NCBI GenBank assembly: GCA_032718475.1
Contig: JAUCBJ010003178.1
Span: 1 to 45,910 of the forward strand
Reading direction: 5' to 3'
Length of the DNA stretch: 45,910 nucleotides
Origin: Nemertoderma westbladi
Taxonomy: Eukaryota; Animalia; Xenacoelomorpha
Positions 36,701 to 45,910 of this stretch are shown piece after piece (the stretch's first letter is position 1; each line of letters starts with the position of its first letter). Made by a program: the position numbers and the translations under genes. Under the pieces are notes generated by a model. The model ran no database searches. It was not told where the DNA came from and saw nothing but the letters and a program-made list of their open reading frames with translations.

Positions 36701-39700
36701 AATCCAAAAGATAGGTAGGTTGATCGGACAAGGGGAACGGATCAATCCTAAAGATAGGTAGGTTGAGTGGACAAGGGGAACGGTTCAATCCAAAAGATAG
36801 GTAGGTTGAGTTGACAAGGGGAACGGATCAATCCAAAAGATAGGTAGGTTGACAGGACAAGGGGAACGGATCAATCCAAAAGATAGGTAGGTTGAGAGGA
36901 CAAGGGGAACGGATCAATCCTAAAGATAGGTAGGTTGAGAGGACAAGGGGAACGGATCAATCCAAAAGATAGGTAGGTTGACAGGACAAGGGGAACGGAT
37001 CAATCCAAAAGATAGGTAGGTTGAGTGGACAAGGGGACCGGATCAATCCAATTGATAGGTAGGTTGAGAGGACAAGGGGAACGGATCAATCCAAAAGATA
37101 GGTAGGTTGAGTGGACAAGGGGACCGGATCAATCCAATTGATAGGTAGGTTGAGAGGACAAGGGGAACGGATCAATCCTAAAGATAGGTAGGTTGAGAGG
37201 ACAAGGGGAACGGATCAATCCTAAAGATAGGTAGGTTGAGAGGACAAGGGGAACGGATCAATCCTAAAGATAGGTAGGTTGAGAGGACAAGGGGAACGGA
37301 TCAATCCTAAAGATAGGTAGGTTGAGTGGACAAGGGGACCAGATCAATCCAATTGATAGGTAGGTTGAGAGGACAAGGGGAACGGATCAATCCAAAAGAT
37401 AGGTAGGTTGAGTGGACAAGGGGACCGGATCAATCCAATTGATAGGTAGGTTGAGAGGACAAGGGGAACGGATCAATCCTAAAGATAGGTAGGTTAAGAG
37501 GACAAGGGGAACGGATCAATCCTAAAGATAGGTAGGTTGAGTGGACAAGGGGAATGGATCAATCCAAAAGATAGGTAGGTTGAGAGGACAAGGGGAACGG
37601 ATCAATCCTAAAGATAGGTAGGTTGAGAGGACAAGGGGAACGGATCAATCCAAAAGATAGGTAGGTTGACAGGACAAGGGGAACGGATCAATTCAAAAGA
37701 TAGGTAGGTTGAGTGGACAAGGGGACCGGATCAATCCAATTGATAGGTAGGTTGAGAGGACAAGGGGAACGGATCAATCCTAAAGATAGGTAGGTTGAGA
37801 GGACAAGGGGAACGGATCAATTCTAAAGATAGGTAGGTTGAGAGGACAAGGGGAACGGATCAATCCTAAAGATAGGTAGGTTGAGAGGACAAGGGGAACG
37901 GATCAATCCAAAAGATAGGTAGGTTGACAGGACAAGGGGAACGGATCAATCCAAAAGATAGGTAGGTTGACAGGACAAGGGGAACGGATCAATCCAAAAG
38001 ATATGTAGGTTGAGTGGACAAGGGGACCGGATCAATCCAATTGATAGGTAGGTTGAGAGGACAAGGGGAACGGATCAATCCTAAAGATAGGTAGGTTGAG
38101 AGGACAAGGGGAACGGATCAATCCTAAAGATAGGTAGGTTGAGAGGACAAGGGGAACGGATCAATCCAAAAGATAGGTAGGTTGAGAGGACAAGGGGAAC
38201 GGATCAATCCAAAAGATAGGTAGGTTGACAGGACAAGGGGACCGGATCAATCCAAAAGATAGGTAGGTTGAGTGGACAAGGGGAACGGATCAATCCAAAA
38301 GATAGGTAGGTTGAGTGGACAAGGGGAACGGATCAATCCTAAAGATAGGTAGGTTGAGTGGACAAGGGGAACGGATCAATCCAAAAGATAGGTAGGTTGA
38401 CAGGACAAGGGGAACGGATCAATCCAAAAGATAGGTAGGTTGAGTGGACAAGGGGAACGGATCAATCCTAAAGATAGGTAGGTTGAGTGGACAAGGGGAA
38501 CGGATCAATCCAAAAGATAGGTAGGTTGAGTTGACAAGGGGAACGGATCAATCCAAAAGATAGGTAGGTTGACAGGACAAGGGGAACGGATCAATCCAAA
38601 AGATAGGTAGGTTGACAGGACAAGGGGAACGGATCAATCCAAAAGATAGGTAGGTTGAGTGGACAAGGGGAACGGATCAATCCAAAAGATAGGTAGGTTG
38701 ACAGGACAAGGGGAACGGATCAATCCAAAAGATAGGTAGGTTGAGTGGACAAGGGGAACGGATCAATCCTAAAGATAGGTAGGTTGAGTTGACAAGGGGA
38801 ACGGATCAATCCAAAAGATAGGTAGGTTGACAGGACAAGGGGAACGGATCAATCCAAAAGATAGGTAGGTTGACAGGACAAGGGGAACGGATCAATCCAA
38901 AAGATAGGTAGGTTGAGTGGACAAGGGGAACGGATCAATCCAAAAGATAGGTAGGTTGACAGGACAAGGGGAACGGATCAATCCAAAAGATAGGTAGGTT
39001 GACAGGACAAGGGGAACGGATCAATCCTAAAGATAGGTAGGTTGAGAGGACAAGGGGAACGGATCAATCCTGAAGATAGGTAGGTTGAGTGGACAAGGGG
39101 AACGGATCAATCCAAAAGATAGGTAGGTTAGAGGACAAGGGGAACGGATCAATCCAAAAGATAGGTGGGTTGCCAGGACCAGGGGAACGGATCAATCCAA
39201 AAGATAGGTAGGTTGAGAGGACAAGGGGAACGGATCAATCCAATTGATAGGTAGGTTGGGAGGACAAGGGGAACGCATCAATCCAAAAGATAGGTAGGTT
39301 GTCAGGACAAGGGGAACGGATCAATCCTAAAGATAGGTAGGTTGCCAGGACAAGGGGAACGGATCAATCCAAAAGATAGGTAGGTTGAGTGGACAAGGGG
39401 AACGGATCAATCCAAAAGATAGGTAGGTTAGAGGACAAGGGGAACGGATCAATCCAAAAGATAGGTAGGTTGCCAGGACAAGGGGAACGGATCAATCCAA
39501 AAGATAGGTAGGTTGAGTGGACAAGGGGACCGGATCAATCCAATTGATAGGTAGGTTGAGAGGACAAGGGGAACGGATCAATCCAAAAGATAGGTAGGTT
39601 GTCAGGACAAGGGGAACGGATCAATCCTAAAGATAGGTAGGTTGAGAGGACAAGGGGAACGGATCAATCCAAAAGATAGGTAGGTTGAGTGGACAAGGGG

Positions 39701-40634
39701 ACCGGATCAATCCAATTGATAGGTAGGTTGAGAGGACAAGGGGAACGGATCAATCCTAAAGATAGGTAGGTTGAGTGGACAAGGGGAACGGATCAATCCA
39801 AAAGATAGGTAGGTTGACAGGACAAGGGGAACGGATCAATCCAAATGATAGGTAGGTTGACAGGACAAGGGGAACGGATCAATCCTAAAGATAGGTAGGT
39901 TGAGAGGACAAGGGGAACGGATCAATCCTAAAGATAGGTAGGTTGAGAGGACAAGGGGAACGGATCAATCCTAAAGATAGGTAGGTTGAGTGGACAAGGG
40001 GAACGGATCAATCCAAAAGATAGGTAGGTTGCCAGGACAAGGGGAACGGATCAATCCAAAAGATAGGTAGGTTGACAGGACAAGGGGAACGGATCAATCC
40101 AAAAGATAGGTAGGTTGAGAGGACAAGGGGACCGGATCAATCCAATTGATAGGTAGGTTGCCAGGACAAGGGGAACGGATCAATCCAAAAGATAGGTAGG
40201 TTGACAGGACAAGGGGAACGGATCAATCCAAAAGATAGGTAGGTTGAGAGGACAAGGGGAACGGATCAATCCTAAAGATAGGTAGGTTGAGTGGACAAGG
40301 GGAACGGATCAATCCAAAAGATAGGTAGGTTGACAGGACAAGGGGAACGGATCAATCCAAAAGATAGGTAGGTTGACAGGACAAGGGGAACGGATCAATC
40401 CTAAAGATAGGTAGGTTGAGAGGACAAGGGGAACGGATCAATCCTAAAGATAGGTAGGTTGAGAGGACAAGGGGAACGGATCAATCTTAAAGATAGGTAG
40501 GTTGAGTGGACAAGGGGAACGGATCAATCCTAAAGATAGGTAGGTTGACAGGACAAGGGGAACGGATCAATCCAAAAGATAGGTAGGTTGAGAGGACAAG
40601 GGGAACGGATCAATCCAAAAGATAGGTAGGTTGA
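27766..40634 (+). repeat. 43-bp satellite, block 2 (~300 units)
   Basis: Same unit, resuming in register after the transposon and ending at ...GATAGGTAGGTTGA|cttgtaatc. Confidence 0.98.
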
Positions 40635-40639
40635 CTTGT

Positions 40640-41457
40640 AATCATATGTTGTTTAAAAATATGGACCGCCGTATCGGCACAATTCATGGGAATCCCAAGA
40701 CAAAAGTTATATGTTGCTACAGTCCAACCAATGCCTCAGAGCCAGAACAAGCAGTCAAGTTTTTTGAAGATCTGACTGGACTTTTAAAGGAAAGGACATT
40801 CCGAAACACAATGTCGAATAATTGCTGGTGACCTGAATACGCAAATTGGCCCAGAAGACATCAAGGGTTACACATATAACACCAGTTCTAATGGAAATGG
40901 GTACTTACTTTTAGACCTAATGGTGAATGTGAATTGATAGCAACAAACAACACATTCGAAAAGAGTAAGGGGAAGCTATGGACCTTTCAATACCCTAATG
41001 GAACCAAAGCACAACTGGATTACATCCTTATAAGTGGAGAAACAGCATGATCAACTGCGAGGCATACAGCTTGTTCAACCTAATTGGTTCGGACCACAGA
41101 ATTGTGACTGCAGAGATCAGACTCAGTTAGAGAACCAGCAAACCCAGGACAAGCAAGCAAATCAAGTATGACTGTAAAGGATGCTTACACAGTAGAAGTT
41201 CAACGTAAACAGCGAAAACATCAACAAGGTTGAGAAAGCTAAAGAAGATCTTAAATTGGCCTACAACATCAGCCTTGAGAAGTACATACAAGATGGAAGA
41301 AATTACAACTGCTTACATACAGCAATCCAATCAAGACTTACCTGGCAAACTGTAAATGAGGTATCTGGTCGGAAAAGTTGTGCAAAGGGGTGCCTCAAAA
41401 CTGATAGTCCCGAAGAACTTGATGGGAAATGGAAAGATGACATCAGCAACTTATACT
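40640..41457 (+). pseudogene. Decayed non-LTR retrotransposon fragment: APE endonuclease region, RTE-like
   Basis: Frameshifted pieces give GNPKTKVICCYSPTN, AGDLNTQIG, NGNGYLL, IATNNTFEKSKGKLWTFQYPNGTKAQLDYILI and GSDHRIVTAEIRLSLR, which are the APE motifs YxP, GDxN, LDY and SDH. Confidence 0.85.
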
Positions 41458-41518
41458 AAAAATTCTGCTTATAATTATTACTTTAATTAATTATAAATTA
41501 ATTAATTAATTAATTATA

Positions 41519-44500
41519 ACGGTACGCACCAGCGCCCTCAGTACCCATTGTCCATCGTGCGCGCGGTTAGTGGCCATCAAAGCAAATGGTACTCTACGCA
41601 TTCACGGACCAGTCTCCCAACGTTGCCCAGGGTCAGATCACCCTGCAGGAATGACAACTGGTCCCCCAACCCATTTGGGAAGCCAATCATCTGGTGAGAC
41701 AGTGGAGCCATCAGACAGGGATATTCTTAATCAGTTACAGGGATGGCGATGTCGCCAGTTGAGACATGTCCCTAAGGCATCGAGGACCAGCTTAGCGGAC
41801 CTATTGGGTGAAATCTTAACTACGGTAGCGGAAGACCCATTGAACATACAGGCTTGGGTCCGGTTACTCATGGTTGGACACTGCTGTATCCCGGCCCCTA
41901 GACGAGGTGGAAGGAAGCACCATCGATCCCTTGCCACTCATGTCAACCAGAAGATTGCGGACTTCCGAGCTATGACTCAAGGGGGCCTGGGTCTCCCTCC
42001 GCCACGGTCTGTTCCCCCGAGATCAGTTTCACAAAAGATCCAAGGGGACTCCATTCGCCTAGCCACAGCGGTTGCCGAGAAGATAGAGGATGGGGACATT
42101 AAGGGAGCCATCAGGTTGGCATCCTCAAGGGATACTATCGCCCCAGATACACCAGAGACACGTTTAGGTCTACAGGAGAAACACCCACCCCGACCCCTTG
42201 ATAGGAGAGAACCACCCCCACCAGTTACTCAATCCGCTCGACCCTGCTCTCCCACCATTCTTCGGCAGTTAATCGCTTCATTCCCCAGTGGAAGTGCAGG
42301 TGGGCCAGATGGGCTGCGTCCCCAGATTCTGAAGGATTTAGTTTCACCTACCAATGGTGAAGCAGGTGAGCGCCTACTCACATCCCTTGCATGTTTTGTT
42401 GACAGCACTGTTGCAGGCGAGATACCAGTTCCTGTCCGCCCACTTTTCTTTGGGGCTAATCTTTTTGCCTTCACAAAGAGAGGTGGTGGAATCCGCCCTA
42501 TTGCTGTTGGGGTCACCTTACGACGGCTATGTGGAAAGTTCGTCGGTTACATAGTGGCGGACCAACGGACCCAGTCATATGGGGCAGTGCAGCTAGGAAT
42601 TGGTTGCAAGCTTGGCGCTGAGGCGGCAGTCCATGCTACAAGGGCACTTGTGTGTGGTGAGAACCATCCGGGGACGGTGTTACTTAAAGTTGATTTCAGC
42701 AACGCGTTTAATTCCATTAGACGAGACACCATGCTGGAGAGCATACATTCCCAGTATCCCTCCATCTATAACTACACCCTCGCGGCGTATGGAGCGGCAA
42801 CCTTCCTTCTCCATGGTAATGACACCATCCTCTCCGACGAGGGAATACAACAGGGGGATACTGATGGACCTCGCCTCTTCGGGGATACTGCGAATCCAAT
42901 CATCCAGGGGCTGGAATCTCGCTTCAATGTCTGGTACCTGGATGATGGGAACATTGCTGATGACTATCGCACTGTCCTACAGGACCTGGAGAAGGTTATT
43001 AACGAAGGGAAGGGATATGGGCTATCTATCAACCCAAAGAAGAGTGAGGTGTTCTTCCTGGGTACTGAGTCAGAGGAGTCCCAGGCCCAAATACGATCAG
43101 CATTTGATGCCATTTGCCCGGGTATCCAGTACCCTCCACTGGACCAGTTAACAATGCTGGGGTCTCCGATTGGTGAAACTGCCATCACCTCCTGTCTGAC
43201 AAGAAAGGTGGGGGACCTCTCCACGCTTGTCAGCCGTCTTCCACTGCTGGAGGCCCACCACGGTTTCTTCCTCCTGAGGAACTCGTTCGCCATGCCACGG
43301 CTTACGTACTTCCTCAGGACGGCTCCCTGCTTCCAGTTCCCAGCACTTCTCAGGGACTACGACCGAATCCTCCGAAGTGCCCTCCAAGAGGTCGCCAATA
43401 CCGACATTGGCGATCAAGCCTGGGCCCAGGCCTGCCTCCCAGCACGATTGGGTGGACTAGGATTGAGCTCGGCGGTGCAGCTCGCACCCTCTGCCTTTTT
43501 GGCTTCAGCGGCTGCCTGTACCGAGCTCTCCAACCGTCTACACCAGTCCGAGGGGTCTCCTGGACCATACATGGAGTCGGCCCATGCTACCCGAAGTGCA
43601 TCCCTACCGCGAGATTCAGCACCACCTCCCGCTGTATCGAGTCAGAGAGCCTGGATGCTCCCAGTTCACGAGGAGAATCTCGCCACCCTACGCCTCGTGG
43701 CTACACCCCTTGATCTCGCCCGTTTGAACTCCCTCGCTGACCCTACTGCGGGCTGCTGGATCGATGCACTTCCTAGCGCCTCATTAGGACTGAAGCTTTC
43801 GAATTCGCAGTTTCGAATCGCCATTGCCACTCGCCTTGGATGTAAAGTAGTGGAACCCCACACATGCGATCGATGTGGAACTCCAGTGGCTGCGAATGGC
43901 CTCCACGGCCTTTCCTGTCGGAGGAGCGCTGGCCGTCATGCCCGCCATGCGATGTTGAATGACATTGTGAGGCGGGCGCTGGTCAGCTGTGGGGTCCCTT
44001 CCATCCTGGAGCCCCCAGGCCTCTGCAGGAATGATGGGAAGAGGGTAGATGGAGTCACCCTGGTTCCATGGTCCCAGGGCCGAACCCTCACCTGGGATGC
44101 CACAGTGGTCGATCCGCTGGCACCAAGCCATGTGCACCAGACGCTAATTGCCGGAGGGCGCACCGTGGAGGGAGCAGAACGTGGCAAAAATGCCACCTAC
44201 AACGAGGTGATGGAGCGAGGCCACATCTTCCATCCCGTGGCCTTTGAAACCTTGGGTCGCCCCGGCCCGGAGACCTCCAACTTCCTCCATGAGATTGGTT
44301 CCCGTCTGCAGATAGTTACCCACGAACCCCGCTCTCACCGGTTCCTTCTACAACGAATCGGTATAGCCATTCTCGTGGGTAATGCCGCTTCCATCCTAGC
44401 GACGGCGGGACCTTCTCCAGGCGGCCTCTTTGAGCACCCAGACCAACATCGTTAGTTAGGATGTAGAAAGGGCGAAACCAATCGAAATCACCGAAATGGT

Positions 44501-44742
44501 AGCCAATGGAGGAACCAATGGGACAACTGGAACAGTGGTCAATAAAATCTCGCTGCTATCAATAAACTCAAGGAGACCCCACAGAGCGCTGAAGATACCG
44601 CGTAGCCGTAGAGACTGATACCCTGTGCTACATTAATATCACTTTATATACTCTATATATATTTAGGAGTTCGTGTATTCATTGCATATCGTATTGTTTA
44701 AGTAGGATATTAAAAAAGTTTCAAACTAACCCAAAAAAAAAA
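41519..44742 (+). mobile_element. CRE-like (R2 group, RLE-type) non-LTR retrotransposon, near full length
   Basis: Single long ORF, ~280-bp 3' UTR and an A10 tail at 44733-44742. Candidate TSD TAATTATA at 41511-41518 and 44743-44750. GC-rich relative to the AT-rich flanks. The boundaries lie in low-complexity DNA and are approximate. Confidence 0.85.
41570..44455 (+). CDS. Reverse transcriptase + zinc knuckle + restriction-like endonuclease polyprotein (961 aa from GTG; frame open from 41510)
   Basis: RT motifs GPDGLRP, IRPIAVG, QLG, KVDFSNAFN, GIQQGD, WYLDDG, GLSINPKK and LGSPIG, followed by LPARLGGLG. Zinc knuckle CDRC-x9-H-x3-C. RLE motifs RHAMLND, KRVDG, WDAT, K..Y and FETLG. No internal stops. 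Confidence 0.92.
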   Translation: MAIKANGTLRIHGPVSQRCPGSDHPAGMTTGPPTHLGSQSSGETVEPSDRDILNQLQGWRCRQLRHVPKASRTSLADLLGEILTTVAEDPLNIQAWVRLLMVGHCCIPAPRRGGRKHHRSLATHVNQKIADFRAMTQGGLGLPPPRSVPPRSVSQKIQGDSIRLATAVAEKIEDGDIKGAIRLASSRDTIAPDTPETRLGLQEKHPPRPLDRREPPPPVTQSARPCSPTILRQLIASFPSGSAGGPDGLRPQILKDLVSPTNGEAGERLLTSLACFVDSTVAGEIPVPVRPLFFGANLFAFTKRGGGIRPIAVGVTLRRLCGKFVGYIVADQRTQSYGAVQLGIGCKLGAEAAVHATRALVCGENHPGTVLLKVDFSNAFNSIRRDTMLESIHSQYPSIYNYTLAAYGAATFLLHGNDTILSDEGIQQGDTDGPRLFGDTANPIIQGLESRFNVWYLDDGNIADDYRTVLQDLEKVINEGKGYGLSINPKKSEVFFLGTESEESQAQIRSAFDAICPGIQYPPLDQLTMLGSPIGETAITSCLTRKVGDLSTLVSRLPLLEAHHGFFLLRNSFAMPRLTYFLRTAPCFQFPALLRDYDRILRSALQEVANTDIGDQAWAQACLPARLGGLGLSSAVQLAPSAFLASAAACTELSNRLHQSEGSPGPYMESAHATRSASLPRDSAPPPAVSSQRAWMLPVHEENLATLRLVATPLDLARLNSLADPTAGCWIDALPSASLGLKLSNSQFRIAIATRLGCKVVEPHTCDRCGTPVAANGLHGLSCRRSAGRHARHAMLNDIVRRALVSCGVPSILEPPGLCRNDGKRVDGVTLVPWSQGRTLTWDATVVDPLAPSHVHQTLIAGGRTVEGAERGKNATYNEVMERGHIFHPVAFETLGRPGPETSNFLHEIGSRLQIVTHEPRSHRFLLQRIGIAILVGNAASILATAGPSPGGLFEHPDQHR

Positions 44743-45127
44743 TAATTATATTAATTATACTTATAATAAAAATTAAAAGGGAAAATAAAAATTCTGGCTT
44801 CATCTTAACCTCGGCGGTGAATTGAACTAGTTTTGTTTCAAATTTCAAGCAAAATGATGAAAATTTGTAGAAAAATATGGGGGGGGGGGGGGTGGGTCAT
44901 CAGAAAATCGGGTAATCTAAAAAAGGCTCATGGTTATAATGGCCATGTAATTCGGTAATTGTTCTTGTCTACATACCCGGTATGATACCATAATATCTAA
45001 TTACACTGCTCGAGTTAGAACCTTAGCGATGGTTTGTTTTAGCTGCTTAAACTTATCGAGAACGCATTGCATTGACCTGAACTGAACTGAACTGTAATTT
45101 ATAATTGATTCGACTATTTATTTTCAG

Positions 45128-45195
45128 GTGTAGAACTTGTGAAGGGAAAAAAACAGTCAAAGAACGGAATATCCTGGAGGTGCATATCGATAAAG
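45128..45195 (+). CDS. DNAJA1: DnaJA coding exon 5: fourth CxxC motif and LEVHIDKG
   Basis: atttattttcag|G completes AGG (Arg) with exon 4, then CRTCEGKKTVKERNILEVHIDK G|gttag; 68 nt, phase 2 to 1. Gives KDRCRTCEG, the expected DnaJA continuation. Confidence 0.92.
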
Positions 45196-45883
45196 GTTAG
45201 ATTTTATTATATGTTCAACAATAGTGACCATTCGACACCTGGATTGTAATACTGTCGGTTTTCTTTGGCGCAAGATAGAGACCTTCTATCACTTATTCAG
45301 TTAGGTTTCTGGTTGGATCGCTCAGCAACAATGACTCCAACAAATTGGAAATTGAATATCGGAAGGCCCTTCGGGGCTTGTTACACGTAGGATAGTATGT
45401 GGATAACCAATAATCTACAGTTTATTCGGATGGTTGCCTCTCCACAGTGAGATCTACAAAATGTGTATAGATATCACCTTGAGAGTTGTTTGCTGCCAAG
45501 TCCCTTTCCTACAATCCCTTGTTAGATCTTCAATGCGGTTCAACAATAATTCGAACGTTAACTACGTTGGCCTCGCTTCCACTTACACTAGATACAGGAA
45601 TAAGTTTGCAATGCGTAGTGTACCGGTACATAGTCTGCTACCTTACAGTTTCAGCAGTCGCTCATTATTTGATCAATTCCGAGTCTCTAACTCACAGAGA
45701 GACAGCGGGGGTGAATTTCATACAGGATTGCTATAGCAACAGTGCGACGTTTACATCTAAGCATAACCGAATTGTTTCCTACTTTAATGTTACACAATGT
45801 TATTCGGCTCCTCAAGTGCATTCGTTTTGTTTTACTTATGATTAGCTCACGATGTTTTATTATTTACCTTATTTTTATTGCAG

Positions 45884-45910
45884 GGATGAAAGATGGATCC
45901 AAGATCACAT
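45884..45910 (+). CDS. DNAJA1: DnaJA coding exon 6 (partial, runs off the window)
   Basis: tttttattgcag|GG ATG AAA GAT GGA TCC AAG ATC ACA T = (G)MKDGSKIT, matching the DnaJA GMKDGxKITF motif. Confidence 0.88.

Noticed and set aside
9741-40634. CRISPR-like array
   Set aside because: The units are head-to-tail with no unique spacers, there are no cas genes, and the context is an intron-containing eukaryotic gene.
41731-44338. Short overlapping and antisense ORFs within the RT ORF
   Set aside because: These are shadow ORFs of a GC-rich coding region with no motifs.
44544-44556. AAATCTCGCTGC shared between the retroelement 3' UTR and the subterminal motif of the 1325-5110 element
   Set aside because: It is only a ~12-bp match with no flanking similarity, so probably chance.
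44460-44610. Hammerhead-like words (GAAA, CTGAAGA) in the retroelement 3' UTR
   Set aside because: I could not find the complementary stems needed around the core.
9775-45127. Intron created directly by tandem duplication of an exonic AGGT segment
   Set aside because: That model predicts the intron starts with exon 5 sequence (GTGTAGAAC) and ends with exon 4 sequence. It starts GTAGGTTGA and ends in an ordinary T-rich CAG acceptor, so the intron predates the array.
45230-45845. ORFs 45434-45736 and 45486-45845 and a GCCC-TTCG-GGGC hairpin near 45366
   Set aside because: They are intronic, with non-ATG starts and no recognisable domain. I could not assemble a snoRNA box set.

Overview
This is eukaryotic, most likely invertebrate, genomic DNA containing the 5' part of a + strand DnaJ/Hsp40 class A gene (DNAJA1/4-like). 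Six coding exons were assembled by hand at 5414-5542, 8612-8762, 9135-9266, 9615-9774, 45128-45195 and 45884 to the window end; all have GT-AG boundaries and consistent phases. The dominant feature is a ~31 kb tandem array of a 43-bp unit (about 685 copies, estimated as length/43). The unit is the last 34 nt of coding exon 4 plus its own 5' splice site (AG|GTAGGTTGA), so the 35 kb intron carries hundreds of copies of the exon/donor junction. The array is interrupted once by a 1.43 kb non-autonomous DNA transposon with a 6-bp TSD. It is followed by a decayed APE-type (RTE-like) LINE fragment and an apparently intact CRE-like (RT + restriction-like endonuclease) non-LTR retrotransposon. The upstream region and intron 1 are a nest of TIR elements, and the non-coding DNA is strongly enriched in short TA-flanked insertions (TAGGCCTA, TACCGGTA, TACAGTA) that resemble transposon excision footprints. 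All family assignments come from motif recognition, not database searches.
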